Source: an uncultured Clostridia bacterium
GTDB lineage: Bacteria > Bacillota > Clostridia > Christensenellales > Borkfalkiaceae
Assembly: GCA_947624225.1 (NCBI GenBank)
Contig: CANQJF010000002.1
Coordinates: forward strand, 17,347-81,346
Length of the DNA: 64,000 nt
Direction: 5' to 3'
In this document: piece after piece, positions 1 to 13,174 of the stretch
Position numbering within the stretch: the first letter of the stretch is position 1
Layout: each line of letters begins with the position of its first letter
Position numbers and translations under genes: made by a program
The notes under the pieces: model-generated
What the model was told of the DNA's origin: nothing
The model's input: only the letters and a program-made list of their open reading frames with translations
Database searches by the model: none

Positions 1-2893
<2,893 letters not shown>

Positions 2894-2911
2894 TGATTCA
2901 CTTCCTCCCTG

Positions 2912-5900
2912 TTAATTGTCGTCGTCCTCGTCTCCGAAGAGATCGCTTGCGGACATGGTATCATCGTCTTCGGTCTTTTCCTCGGTTTCTTCCTTGAAGA
3001 GATCCCCGAAAGAGCCGTCGTCGTCGATGTCCGAGAAGTCGTCGTCATCCTCCTCGTCCTCCTCGCTCTGGAAGAGATCTTGCGAGATGAAGTCCTCATC
3101 CTCGCCCGCATCGTCGAAGATGGAGCCAAGCGTGTCGTCGTCCTCGTCCTCCGTCTCTTGGTCGAAATGGAAGTCGGGTGCGTCGGGATGGGGTTCCTCG
3201 CGGCGGCGGTTGTCGGGCTGGTCGTCATCGTCGAATTCGCGGATGATGAGCTCTTCGTTGTTCTCGGTGAGCACCTTGACGTCAAGCGCAAGGGACTGCA
3301 ACTCTTTGAGGAGCACCTTGAATGCCTCCGGGATCCCCGGTTCGGAGATGTTGTTGCCCTTGACAATGGATTCATACGTCTTGACACGGCCCACGATATC
3401 GTCGGACTTGACGGTCAAGATCTCTTGCAGGATGTGGGCGGCGCCATAGGCTTCGAGGGCCCAGACCTCCATTTCGCCGAAGCGCTGTCCGCCGAACTGT
3501 GCCTTGCCGCCGAGCGGCTGCTGGGTGACCATACTGTACGGGCCGATTGACCGGGCATGGATCTTGTCGTCCACAAGGTGGATGAGCTTGATCATGTACA
3601 TGATCCCGATGGTGACTCTGTTCTCGAAAGGCTCGCCCGTGCGGCCGTCAAAGACCTGGAACTTGCCGTCTACCTTGCCCTCGGGCCCGACGAGGTTGTT
3701 CTCTTCGAACAACTTTTCGATGTCCTGCTCGGTAGCGCCGTCAAACACGGGGGTGGCGATCTTCCAGCCCAGCTGACGGCAGACATAGCCGAGGTGCACT
3801 TCGAGGACCTGCCCGATATTCATACGGGAAGGCACGCCCAAGGGGTTGAGCAAAATTTGCAGGGGAGTACCGTCGGGCAGGAAAGGCATATCCGCCTCGG
3901 GAAGCACGCGGGAGATGACGCCCTTGTTGCCGTGGCGGCCGGCCATCTTGTCGCCGACCTGTATCTTTCTCTTTTGCGCAATATACACGCGCACGAGCTT
4001 GTTGACGCCGGGCGAAAGTTCGTCCTTGTTCTCGCGGGTGAAGATCTTCACATCCACGACGATGCCGCCCTCTCCATGGGGAACGCGGAGCGACGTATCG
4101 CGGACCTCCCTCGACTTCTCTCCGAAGATGGCGCGAAGCAGGCGCTCTTCGGGGGTGAGTTCGGTTTCACCCTTGGGGGTAACTTTGCCGACGAGGATGT
4201 CGCCGCTGCTGACTTCGGCGCCGATGCGCACGATGCCGTTTTCGTCGAGATCCTTTAACGCATCATCGCCCACGTTGGGGATGTCGCGCGTGATCTCCTC
4301 TTCGCCGAGCTTGGTGTCGCGCGCCTCCGTCTCGTGTTCCTCGATGTGGATGGATGTGAATACATCGTCCTGCACGAGCTTTTCGGAGATCAGGATGGCG
4401 TCCTCATAGTTGTAACCCTCCCATTCCATGAATCCGACGAGGATGTTCTTGCCGAGGGCAAGTTCGCCATTGTTGGTGGAGGGGCCGTCTGCAATGACTT
4501 CGCCTTTCTCGACACGGTCGCCCGTGGAGATGATGGGACGCTGGTTGAGGCAGGTCCCCTGGTTGGAACGTTCAAACTTTTTGAGCTTGTATTCGGTCTC
4601 GAAACCCGAATCCTCGCGGATGACGATGCGGTCGGAGGCCACGGCAACCGCAACACCCGCCTCTTTGGCCGTCACCATGACGCCGGAGTCGCGTGCAATG
4701 GCCGCCTCGATGCCGGTAGCCACGATGGAGGGCTCTGTTTTGAGAAGAGGCACGGCCTGCCGCTGCATGTTGGAGCCCATGAGGGCACGGTTGGTATCGT
4801 CGTTTTCGAGGAAAGGAATGAGGGCCGTTGCGACGGAAACGAGCTGCTTGGGGGAAACATCCATGTAGTCGATCCGCTCGCGGGGCATCTCGGTGATGAG
4901 TTCGCGGTAGCGACACCCTACGCGCTCGTGCACGAATCTGCCCTCTTCGTCGAGGGGTTCGTTGGCCTGTGCAACGACATAGCGGTCCTCTTCGTCGGCC
5001 GTCAGATAGTCCACATGGTCTGTGACGATGCCCGTCACCTTGTCCACCTTGCGGTAAGGGGACATGATGAAGCCGTATTCATTGACCTTGGAGAACGTTG
5101 CAAGCGACGAGATGAGGCCGATGTTCTGACCCTCGGGGGTCTCGATGGGGCACATGCGCCCATAGTGGGAGTGGTGAACGTCGCGGACTTCGAAAGTCGC
5201 GCGGTCGCGGTTGAGGCCGCCGGGGCCGAGCGCCGACAGCTTGCGCTTGTGCGTGAGCTCGGCGATGGGATTGGTCTGGTCCATGAACTGCGAGAGCTGG
5301 GAGCTGCCGAAGAATTCACGGATGACGGCGGAGATGGGCCGCACATTGATGAGGTTGGAGGGAGTGACCTCCATGGGATCTGCCGTCGCCATGCGCTCTT
5401 TGATGAGCCTGTCGAGGCGGGACATCCCGATGCGGAGCTGGTTTTGAAGCAATTCGCCCACCGAACGGACCCTGCGGTTGCCGAGGTGGTCGATCTCGTC
5501 GATGGTACCGATGCCATAGCGGAGATCGAGGTTGGTGGAGACGGCGGCAACGATGTCGTCCACGGTGATGCACTTGTGGTTGAGCTTCTCCACGAGGGGC
5601 TTCATCGCCTTTTTCTCGGCGGGAGTGACCCCTTTCACGCGCTTTTCGGCTTCGAGATCGACGGGCGCGTTGGGATCGACGGTGTCGTCGCGGTTCAGGA
5701 TCTCATGGAAAAGGCAGCACGCATGCACGAAAGCAAGACGGCTCATCCTGCGCTTCTCGCGGTTCTTCTTCTCCTCCTGCTTCTCGTCCGCGTCGGGTGC
5801 GGTCTCGCGCGTGTAAAACACGGCATTGATCTCATCCAGAAAATCGTTTGCGACTTCCTCCTCGCTCTTCTGCTTGCAGGCCTCCGCGATCTTCTTGGAG

Positions 5901-7036
5901 AATACGAAGTTGGGATAATAAACTGTCTTTAAGAGGCCGAAAGCCTTGGGATCCTTGTCCGAGAGCGCGGCAAAGTCCACCGTATTGTTGGAGATGATCT
6001 TGTGGCGGATCTCCCCCTCTTCGGGGTCGTTGACGAGCACATACACTTCGCCGATGCCCGCATTCTGAATGGCGCGCGCCTGCTCTTCGGAGACCGTCTT
6101 TCCCTTTTCGGCGAGAAGTTCGCCCGTCTCGGGATGGAAGATATCGTCGGCGATGCGGCAACCGGGCAAGCGGTAGGCAAGGTTGAGTTTCTTGTTGAAC
6201 TTGTAGCGGCCGACCTTGGCAACATCATAGCGGCGCGGGTCGAAGAAGAGGTTGTTGAGATGCTGGCGCACCGATTCCTCGGTGGGGACTTCGCCGGGAC
6301 GGAGCCTCCTGTAAAGGGCAATGAGGCCATCCGATTCCGAACGGACGGGCGGGTTGTCCTTGTCGTCCTTGTCGATGGTGGCGGCGATCATCTTGTCTCC
6401 GCCGAAGAGATCTTCGAGTGCGCGGTTGGACCCATAGCCGAGCGCGCGGAGAAGCACGGTGGCCGTCAGTTTGCGCTTGCGGTCGACATTCACCCAGAGC
6501 ACGCCCTGTGCATCCTGCTTGAATTCCAGCCACGCGCCGCGGCCGGGGATGACCGTCGTCTCATACATCTCCTTGCCGGTCTTGTCCGTCTCGGAGACGT
6601 TGTTGACGCCGGGGGAACGAACGAGCTGGGAAACGATGACGCGCTCCGCTCCGTTGATGATGAAAGATCCGTTTTCCGTCATGAGAGGGAAATCCCCCAT
6701 GAACACGTCGGATTCGATGACCTCATCTTTCACCTTGTTGACAAGGCGCACTTTCACTTTGAGCGGGAGGGAATACGTCGCATCGCGGTTACGGCACTCT
6801 TTTTCATCGTACTTGGGATTCTTGCCGAATTCGTGGTCGAGGAAATAGAGCTCGAAGTGGTCGGAAAAGTCGGTGATGGGCGAGTAGTCCTCGAGGATCT
6901 CTCCAATGCCCTCATTGATGAAAGCATAGTAGCTGTCCTTTTGGATCTCTACGAGGTCGGGAATGTCGATGACCTCGTTGATCTTGCCGAACTTTCTTCG
7001 CTGTGTCTTGCCGTACATTTGGATTGGTAAGTTCAT
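2912..7036 (-). CDS. rpoB: DNA-directed RNA polymerase subunit beta, with an extra acidic C-terminal tail
   Basis: 1374-aa [39 protein letters not shown]... with conserved beta blocks ([52 protein letters not shown]). It lies directly upstream of rpoC. Confidence 0.97.
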   Translation of the reverse strand: MNLPIQMYGKTQRRKFGKINEVIDIPDLVEIQKDSYYAFINEGIGEILEDYSPITDFSDHFELYFLDHEFGKNPKYDEKECRNRDATYSLPLKVKVRLVNKVKDEVIESDVFMGDFPLMTENGSFIINGAERVIVSQLVRSPGVNNVSETDKTGKEMYETTVIPGRGAWLEFKQDAQGVLWVNVDRKRKLTATVLLRALGYGSNRALEDLFGGDKMIAATIDKDDKDNPPVRSESDGLIALYRRLRPGEVPTEESVRQHLNNLFFDPRRYDVAKVGRYKFNKKLNLAYRLPGCRIADDIFHPETGELLAEKGKTVSEEQARAIQNAGIGEVYVLVNDPEEGEIRHKIISNNTVDFAALSDKDPKAFGLLKTVYYPNFVFSKKIAEACKQKSEEEVANDFLDEINAVFYTRETAPDADEKQEEKKNREKRRMSRLAFVHACCLFHEILNRDDTVDPNAPVDLEAEKRVKGVTPAEKKAMKPLVEKLNHKCITVDDIVAAVSTNLDLRYGIGTIDEIDHLGNRRVRSVGELLQNQLRIGMSRLDRLIKERMATADPMEVTPSNLINVRPISAVIREFFGSSQLSQFMDQTNPIAELTHKRKLSALGPGGLNRDRATFEVRDVHHSHYGRMCPIETPEGQNIGLISSLATFSKVNEYGFIMSPYRKVDKVTGIVTDHVDYLTADEEDRYVVAQANEPLDEEGRFVHERVGCRYRELITEMPRERIDYMDVSPKQLVSVATALIPFLENDDTNRALMGSNMQRQAVPLLKTEPSIVATGIEAAIARDSGVMVTAKEAGVAVAVASDRIVIREDSGFETEYKLKKFERSNQGTCLNQRPIISTGDRVEKGEVIADGPSTNNGELALGKNILVGFMEWEGYNYEDAILISEKLVQDDVFTSIHIEEHETEARDTKLGEEEITRDIPNVGDDALKDLDENGIVRIGAEVSSGDILVGKVTPKGETELTPEERLLRAIFGEKSREVRDTSLRVPHGEGGIVVDVKIFTRENKDELSPGVNKLVRVYIAQKRKIQVGDKMAGRHGNKGVISRVLPEADMPFLPDGTPLQILLNPLGVPSRMNIGQVLEVHLGYVCRQLGWKIATPVFDGATEQDIEKLFEENNLVGPEGKVDGKFQVFDGRTGEPFENRVTIGIMYMIKLIHLVDDKIHARSIGPYSMVTQQPLGGKAQFGGQRFGEMEVWALEAYGAAHILQEILTVKSDDIVGRVKTYESIVKGNNISEPGIPEAFKVLLKELQSLALDVKVLTENNEELIIREFDDDDQPDNRRREEPHPDAPDFHFDQETEDEDDDTLGSIFDDAGEDEDFISQDLFQSEEDEEDDDDFSDIDDDGSFGDLFKEETEEKTEDDDTMSASDLFGDEDDDN

Positions 7037-7334
7037 CCGTCAAATAACTCCTTTGATGTTGTTATCATTTGGCGATTTACCGAGTATATCTTTTCATCGA
7101 TAAAAATCGAAATGTCCGAATAATTTTTGTCCCCTCCCCCTTTACAACGCGGCAAGATCGCGCTATAATATATGGAAAGCGGATAGCCGCGTTCGGGAGC
7201 AAAAAACCACCGAAACGGCACAAAACCTCATTCTAAACATAATGATACAGTATGTTATTATACTGCTTCCAACAAAAGATGTCAACCGCTTTTCAGAGGC
7301 AAAAAAATATTTTTTCGGGATCCGTGAAAAAAAG

Positions 7335-7577
7335 ATGAGAATCGACAAATTTTTGAAAGTATCGCGCATTTTGAAACGGCGCACCGTGGCGCACGACGCG
7401 GCGGAGAGCGGCAAAATTTCCGTGAACGGAAAGGAAGTCAAGCCCTCTTTCCGCCTGAAAGTCGGGGACATCGTGGAGATCTCTTTCATCACCGGCACCT
7501 TAAAATTCCGCGTGTTGGAGCTCAAAGAGACCGTCAAAAAGGATGACGCAAGCAGCCTCTACGAAGTGATCGCATAA
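7335..7577 (+). CDS. rqcP: S4-domain RNA-binding protein, YabO/RqcP (ribosome quality control) type
   Basis: From ATG 7335: MRIDKFLKVSRILKRRTVAHDAAESGKISVNGKEVKPSFRLKVGDIVEISF... closely resembles B. subtilis YabO/RqcP. The ORF-track start at 7242 adds an implausible leader. Confidence 0.8.
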   Translation: MRIDKFLKVSRILKRRTVAHDAAESGKISVNGKEVKPSFRLKVGDIVEISFITGTLKFRVLELKETVKKDDASSLYEVIA

Positions 7578-7655
7578 GGTTACTGCAAAGTTCACGAAAT
7601 TTGTTTTCTGTCGCCCCCTCCATGGGGGGCGGAGCGGCACATGAGCCCCCTCCAT

Positions 7656-7681
7656 GGGAGGGGGTGTAGGGGGTGGGGTGG
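7656..7681 (+). other. G-quadruplex-forming motif (GGG A GGGGG TGTA GGGGG T GGGG T GG)
   Basis: Four or more G-tracts of at least 3 G separated by 1-4 nt, read directly from the sequence. It lies in the rqcP-ispDF intergenic region. Confidence 0.5.
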
Positions 7682-7759
7682 CGACCAACCTTGATGGACA
7701 GCGAATATCCCCCCCCACCACCGCCCTCCGGGCAGAGCCTCCCCCCAAAGGGGTAGGCC

Positions 7760-7889
7760 TTGTTCCTCCGCTGTCATACCGACCCCGTCCACCCGAGGCT
7801 TCTATTGTGGACCAAGGGCGTCACGAGAAGCGCAAGCGACGAAGTAGGCGAAGCCGAGCGGGGAGTGTATCCCCTCAAACGAAGTCCGT
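7760..7889 (+). repeat. Bipartite intergenic repeat, copy A (blocks 7760-7782 and 7863-7889, 80-nt filler)
   Basis: TTGTTCCTCCGCTGTCATACCGA and GAGTGTATCCCCTCAAACGAAGTCCGT both recur in reverse complement at 56100-56165. Confidence 0.75.
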
Positions 7890-7920
7890 CCCCTCCCGGC
7901 TTCAATAAAAAAGGAAAAAT

Positions 7921-9075
7921 ATGATATCCGTCATTCTCTGTGCCGCGGGCAGCGGCTCCCGTGCGGAACTGCCCGACAATAAAATTTTTTTTGAACTCAA
8001 CGGGCTCCCCGTTCTCGCGCACGTGCTCTCGGCTTTTGCGCCCTTTGCGGATGAGCTTGTGGTCGCATGCCGCGAAGAGGACGAGCCGAAGATCCAAACG
8101 CTTCTGTCCCCCTATCCCGTGGCCCGCACCGTGCGGGGCGGGACGACGCGCGCGGAGAGCGTTTATCGCGCTTTAAAGACGGTAACCGCGGACATGGTAT
8201 TGGTCCATGATGCCGCCCGTCCCTTTGTCACCCCCAAAGTCATTCAAGATTGTATCGATTGCGTGAGGGCTTACGGCAGCGGCATCTGTGCTCTTCCCGC
8301 CACGGACACGACCGTGTTCGCCAAGAATATGCGGGAAATGGGCGTGCGCATGAACCGTTCCGACCTCTATACGGTTCAGACGCCGCAGGGGTTTTATACC
8401 CAAGAATTGCGCGCTGCATACGCGCACGCGGCGGCCGAGAACAGGCTCGGGGAATACACCGACGACAGCATGCTCTACAATGAGCACACGGGTAAACAGC
8501 CCCGCCTCTTTTTGGGCGATCCCGTGAACCGGAAGCTCACTTATCCCGCGGACTTTGCGCCCGCCGAACGCGTGGGGTTTGGCGCGGACACGCACGCGTT
8601 TGCCCACCTCGACGAGCTCGAACACGGCATTGCGCGGCTGAACCTGAACTATATCAAGCTGGGCGGAGTGGTCATCCCCTCGGACCGCGCACTGATGGCA
8701 CACAGCGACGGCGACGTCGTCTGCCACGCGCTCATGGACGCCCTTCTCACCGCCATCGGCGAGCGGGACATCGGCTATCATTTTCCCGACACGGACCCCG
8801 CTTTTGAGGGGGCAGACAGCATGCAATTGCTCGCACGCGTCTTAGACATGGTATGGGGAAAGAAGCTTTCCGTGAAGAATGTGAGCATCTCCATCCTCGC
8901 CGAACATCCCCGCCTTTCGCCCTACATCCCGGCAATGCGGAATAAGCTCGCGGCGGCATTGCGGTGTGAAGATGTGGGCATTGCGGCGGGCACGAACGAA
9001 AAATTGGGCTATGTCGGCGAGGGCAAGGGCATCACCGTCTATGCTATGGCGCTCTTGACAGCCAACCGCGGATAG
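7921..9075 (+). CDS. ispDF: Bifunctional 2-C-methyl-D-erythritol 4-phosphate cytidylyltransferase / MEcPP synthase (IspD-IspF fusion)
   Basis: The N-terminal half has the IspD signature (MISVILCAAGSGSR..., VLVHDAARPF). The C-terminal half is IspF (GFGADTHAF..., SDGDVVCHALMDALL, DIGYHFPDTDP). Confidence 0.9.
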   Translation: MISVILCAAGSGSRAELPDNKIFFELNGLPVLAHVLSAFAPFADELVVACREEDEPKIQTLLSPYPVARTVRGGTTRAESVYRALKTVTADMVLVHDAARPFVTPKVIQDCIDCVRAYGSGICALPATDTTVFAKNMREMGVRMNRSDLYTVQTPQGFYTQELRAAYAHAAAENRLGEYTDDSMLYNEHTGKQPRLFLGDPVNRKLTYPADFAPAERVGFGADTHAFAHLDELEHGIARLNLNYIKLGGVVIPSDRALMAHSDGDVVCHALMDALLTAIGERDIGYHFPDTDPAFEGADSMQLLARVLDMVWGKKLSVKNVSISILAEHPRLSPYIPAMRNKLAAALRCEDVGIAAGTNEKLGYVGEGKGITVYAMALLTANRG

Positions 9076-9187
9076 GCCGCTTTTTCTTCCCCAGCCCCCT
9101 ATAACCATTCCGAAAATTTTTATTTCCGTCGCCATCGCCGGTCCAACGTCCGTGCTCCGGCAAGGCAACATGATCAGGAGTTCTCTC

Positions 9188-10552
9188 ATGGCAAAAAATC
9201 AAACACAGTTCGTTTGCAGCGAATGCGGGTATTCAAGCCCGAAGTGGCTGGGCAGATGCCCCGACTGCGGGAAGTTCAACACCCTCGCCGAGGAGCTCAT
9301 CGCTCCCCCTCCGACCAAAAAGGCGCCTACCATGTCCAAGGTTGGCCCCTCTCGTGCGACGCCGCTCTCGCAAGTGAAGTTCGAAAAATACGAGCGCGTG
9401 TCGTCGGGGAATGCCGAGCTCGACATCGTGCTGGGGGGCGGCATCGTGCGCGGCTCGCTGGTGCTCGTGGGCGGCGATCCCGGCATCGGGAAGTCCACCC
9501 TCCTGACACAGGTGGCGGCCCACCTCGCCAAGGAGCACAAGGTGCTCTACCTCTCCGCGGAGGAGAGCTGTTCGCAAGTCAAACTGCGCTGCGAGCGCCT
9601 CGGCCTCGATTCGGACAACCTGCTCCTGCTCAACGAAACCAGCCTCGATGCCGCCGAAGAAAGTTTTTATGGGGCGGAATACGTCATCGTGGATTCCATC
9701 CAGGCCGTCTACACGGAGGCGCTGTCGTCGGCCGCGGGCAGTGTGGGGCAGGTGCGCGAATGCGCGGCCCGCATCATGCGTATTGCAAAGAGCCGCGGCA
9801 TCACTTTCTTCATCGTGGGGCATGTCACGAAAGAGGGCACGCTCGCCGGGCCCAAGGTCCTCGAACACATCATGGACGCCGTGCTCTACTTCGAGGGAGA
9901 GCGCACGGAGAACTTCAAAATTCTGCGCGCCTATAAAAACCGCTTCGGTTCCGTACAGGAGGTGGGCGTCTTTGAGATGACGGAAAACGGCATCTTCGGC
10001 GTCTCCGATTATTCCTCGCTCTTCCTGTCCGATTCGCGCGGCATTGCGGCGGGCGCCGTCGTCACCCCCTCCGAGACGGGCAACCGCTGCATGATGGTGG
10101 AGATCCAGACGCTCATGACCAAGACTGCCTACGGGCTCCCGCGGAGGATGTCGCTGGGGGTCGATCCAAACCGTCTCATCGTGCTCATTGCCGTGCTCGA
10201 AAAGCGCTGCTCTGTCCCCCTCGGCACGCAAGACGTCTATCTCAACGCCATGGGCGGCATCCGTCTGAACGAGCCGGCGGCCGATCTCGCCGTGTGTGCG
10301 GCCCTCGTCTCCGCCGAGCGCATGATCGCCGTCGATAAATTCACCTCTGTCTTTGGAGAAGTCGGGCTCACGGGGGAGGTGCGCGGCGTGAGTTTTGCCG
10401 ACCGCCGTGTGAACGAATGCATCAAGATGGGATTCAAGCGCATCATCCTGCCCGCCAAGAACATGAAAACGTGCGAAAAGTTCAAAGACCGGGCAGAGCT
10501 CGTGCCCGTCACCTATGTCTCCCAGATGATCAAGGCGCTGTTCCCGCAATAA
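9188..10552 (+). CDS. radA: DNA repair protein RadA/Sms
   Basis: MAKNQTQFVCSECGYSSPKWLGRCPDCGKFNT zinc finger, Walker A GDPGIGKST, KNRFG motif and a Lon-like C-terminal domain. An AGGAG RBS precedes ATG 9188. Confidence 0.95.
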   Translation: MAKNQTQFVCSECGYSSPKWLGRCPDCGKFNTLAEELIAPPPTKKAPTMSKVGPSRATPLSQVKFEKYERVSSGNAELDIVLGGGIVRGSLVLVGGDPGIGKSTLLTQVAAHLAKEHKVLYLSAEESCSQVKLRCERLGLDSDNLLLLNETSLDAAEESFYGAEYVIVDSIQAVYTEALSSAAGSVGQVRECAARIMRIAKSRGITFFIVGHVTKEGTLAGPKVLEHIMDAVLYFEGERTENFKILRAYKNRFGSVQEVGVFEMTENGIFGVSDYSSLFLSDSRGIAAGAVVTPSETGNRCMMVEIQTLMTKTAYGLPRRMSLGVDPNRLIVLIAVLEKRCSVPLGTQDVYLNAMGGIRLNEPAADLAVCAALVSAERMIAVDKFTSVFGEVGLTGEVRGVSFADRRVNECIKMGFKRIILPAKNMKTCEKFKDRAELVPVTYVSQMIKALFPQ

Positions 10553-10580
10553 AAGCCTTTCCCCGCGCCCCAAAACACAA

Positions 10581-10614
10581 AGATCGCCCCGCCGTCTCCA
10601 CGGCGGGGCGATCT
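10581..10614. terminator. Hairpin between convergent radA and the GT2 gene
   Basis: AGATCGCCCCGCCG-tctcca-CGGCGGGGCGATCT. A T-rich tract follows on the minus strand (TTTGTGTTTT). Confidence 0.6.
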
Positions 10615-10628
10615 CAATTCAAAGACGC

Positions 10629-12020
10629 TTATTCAAGTTTTTCGGCAAGAATCTCGGCGGTATCCGTCAAGAATTTTTTGCCTGTAACCTTCTCGATGGT
10701 TTTAATAAAACTCTCATCATACTGCTTATTGCGTTTTGCCGACTTCCACTTGGGATGACTAACCGCCCCGAATGCAATGCCGAGCGCATAGATGATCATA
10801 AACATCGGGAAAGACAGCATGGTCGGAAGCAACTTCCAAAAACCCACGCCGATGCGCTTGTAATCAAGGAGGTAGACGAACATGGCCTGCAAAATAAACG
10901 GGATCACAAATGCGAGAAGCAATATCCATCCGATGAAGAGGAGAACGTTCATCTCCAATCCCGCAAAATTGACGAAGAAGCCGCAATCCGAACATCCCGC
11001 CTCCGGAGACCATCCCCCACCAGACGCAAAATGAAAAATCGTGAGGTAGATATAATATGGCGCAAACCAAAAGACGCACAATACGGCAATTGGCATAAAT
11101 AGCATGGAGAAAAAGACGTCGAGAAGGCTGTAACGCAGGGAAATGAAGAATTTGCCGAAACATCTAAGCCCATGCGTAAAGAACAGCTTGAAAAGGCCGT
11201 TTCCCATGCGATAGTTTCGTTTAAAGAGGTCTTTGAGTGTGCTCGGTTGGTCCTCATACACAATGGCCTCTTTCTGATATGCCGCCTTGCGCTTCTTTAA
11301 GAGCATATCCATGGTGAATTCGGCGTCCTCGCTGATCCCAACCTCCTGCCAACCGTATTGGCGCATGATCTCCGCAGAGAACATCATGCCTCCACCCACC
11401 ATCATCTGCCCGATGCCGAGTGCGGAACGGGCTTGACAATTAAAGCGACAATCACGAATATACCACATCCCGGACACGCCGGCAATGGGATTTTGCATGA
11501 GATTGGTAGAGTGATTGTATCCTCGCGCAAGTTCCACACCGCTATCGAACACATCGTTCATCTTATCGACATAGTCTGGGTGAAGGATGTTGTCCGCATC
11601 AAGACGAATAAAGGCCTCCACGTCCGGATACATCTCCAATATCTTTGGAATTGCGTATCGAAACGCCCAACCCACATTGCGCCTTTTGGGATCCTCTTCT
11701 TCGTGCACAATGACCGTTGCTCCCATCCTTTGAGCAATCGAAGCCGTGTCATCCGTACAGTTGTCAGCAATTACAAAGACGCGGTATTGTTCCTTGGGAT
11801 AGTTGAGAAATTTCAAATTGCGGAGTGTGACGGCAATGACATCCGCCTCATTGTGCGCCGAGATGACGAGTGCAAATCTATGCTTAACCTTTGCGGGCGC
11901 ATATTTCTTGGCAGGCAAAAAGAAGAGAAACAGATAAATGATCTGCACCGCAAACGCGAAAGAAACAATCCATATAATCGCTTGGTTGATGTAGCCCAAT
12001 ATTTGATTCAATAGCTGCAT
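10629..12020 (-). CDS. Membrane-bound family 2 glycosyltransferase (processive, cellulose/PNAG-synthase-like architecture)
   Basis: 463 aa: an N-terminal TM helix, a GT2 core (ALVISAHNEADVI, IADNCTDDT, IRLDADN, GISEDAEF) and a multi-TM C-terminus. Visibly more AT-rich than its neighbours. Confidence 0.75.
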   Translation of the reverse strand: MQLLNQILGYINQAIIWIVSFAFAVQIIYLFLFFLPAKKYAPAKVKHRFALVISAHNEADVIAVTLRNLKFLNYPKEQYRVFVIADNCTDDTASIAQRMGATVIVHEEEDPKRRNVGWAFRYAIPKILEMYPDVEAFIRLDADNILHPDYVDKMNDVFDSGVELARGYNHSTNLMQNPIAGVSGMWYIRDCRFNCQARSALGIGQMMVGGGMMFSAEIMRQYGWQEVGISEDAEFTMDMLLKKRKAAYQKEAIVYEDQPSTLKDLFKRNYRMGNGLFKLFFTHGLRCFGKFFISLRYSLLDVFFSMLFMPIAVLCVFWFAPYYIYLTIFHFASGGGWSPEAGCSDCGFFVNFAGLEMNVLLFIGWILLLAFVIPFILQAMFVYLLDYKRIGVGFWKLLPTMLSFPMFMIIYALGIAFGAVSHPKWKSAKRNKQYDESFIKTIEKVTGKKFLTDTAEILAEKLE

Positions 12021-12129
12021 AACGCCCTCTTTGACTTACTTTCTCAATTATATTGTGTTTGTACGTAAAAGTCAACCAATAATCCCCGCGTCCGAGAAAA
12101 ATGTTTACAGCTTTACATTTGTTTTACAT

Positions 12130-12867
12130 TCAACCTTCTAAAACTTTGCATGCCTCGCACCGTCCCACAGTCATGCCACATGAAAAGTCTAAATTTTTTT
12201 CCGCAATCGCCATGCAGATGGGTTTGCCCTGCGACAGAAAGTTTGCCTCATATTCGGTGACGATATTCCCCTCCGCGTATGCGCTGTGGTGCAAGTCGCG
12301 CGTGCACGCGATCACCCGAAACCCGTTTGCGGCAAATTGTTCGAGGGAATAATCGAAGAAGAAAGCGCTGTCCGTCTTTTGATAAATCCTGCCGTTCTCC
12401 TTTAAAATATCGCGGTAGATGGCAAGAAAGCGCGGGGACGTGAGCCGCTGCCGTTCACAGCCCTTTTCGGGGAGGGGCGTGGAGAAGTTGAGGTAGATCT
12501 CGGAAATACTGCCCGACGGGATATAGCAGGGCAGTGTCTCCGCGGGGATGTTTAAAAACCGGACGTTGGGGAGCCCTTTCGCGCGCATGCGCTCCATCGC
12601 GGTCAAAATGACGTTGGTGCACACTTCGACTGCGAGAAAGCCGACTTCCGGCTCCCGCGCGGCGAGTTCCAAAAGAAATCCCCCGTTCCCGCAACCGACT
12701 TCGAGTTTTACGGGCTTCCCCTCCCCGAAAACGGCAGAAAGATCCAGCAGGGCACGGTAATTTTCCGCCGCCTCTTTGAGGTTGAGGCAGGGCCGCCCGC
12801 GCACGAGAAGAAGATCCCCGCACGCTTGCATGCGAGGCTCTAAGTTGCGTTTTCTGCGCATCCGCAT
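12130..12867 (-). CDS. trmB: tRNA (guanine-N7)-methyltransferase
   Basis: The SAM-binding block LEVGCGNGGFLLELA and the overall TrmB-like sequence. Start chosen at MRMRRKRNLEP; the ORF track extends it to 12921. Confidence 0.8.
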   Translation of the reverse strand: MRMRRKRNLEPRMQACGDLLLVRGRPCLNLKEAAENYRALLDLSAVFGEGKPVKLEVGCGNGGFLLELAAREPEVGFLAVEVCTNVILTAMERMRAKGLPNVRFLNIPAETLPCYIPSGSISEIYLNFSTPLPEKGCERQRLTSPRFLAIYRDILKENGRIYQKTDSAFFFDYSLEQFAANGFRVIACTRDLHHSAYAEGNIVTEYEANFLSQGKPICMAIAEKNLDFSCGMTVGRCEACKVLEG

Positions 12868-12883
12868 GAAGATCCCTCCAAAT

Positions 12884-13162
12884 TTACCCCTCGTAAATTG
12901 CCGGGCGAACGAGGAGCACAAGGTCCGTCTCCTCCGCCTCCACTTCGAAGAAAGGCGTGGGATCGGGGACCGTCCATTCGGGCATGGGTACCACGTGTTC
13001 CTCCAAGACCAAGCGGAGGAGGTCGCAAGCCATCAAAAAGGCCAATTCGAGCGTCTTGCCGCAAGTGCGGAAAGGGATGTCCGGAAAGATGACCTCATAG
13101 CCCTGATAGTCTTTATCCCAACGAAAAATCGCGGGATAGACGGGAAGCGTTTTTTGTTCCAT
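12884..13162 (-). CDS. HicB-like (UPF0150) antitoxin-fold protein, no HicA partner seen
   Basis: 92 aa. YPAIFRWDKDYQGYEVIFPDIPFRTCGKTLELAFLMACDLLRLVLEE matches the usual HicB N-terminal pattern. Confidence 0.55.
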   Translation of the reverse strand: MEQKTLPVYPAIFRWDKDYQGYEVIFPDIPFRTCGKTLELAFLMACDLLRLVLEEHVVPMPEWTVPDPTPFFEVEAEETDLVLLVRPAIYEG

Positions 13163-13174
13163 CGTGCACCTCCG

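Noticed and set aside
7500-8097. ORFs 7500-7748, 7592-7792, 7654-7908 and 7774-8097 in the rqcP-ispDF spacer
   Set aside because: Their Pro/Gly/Arg-rich translations are produced by G- and C-tracts. They have no RBS and overlap each other in several frames. I treat the region as non-coding.
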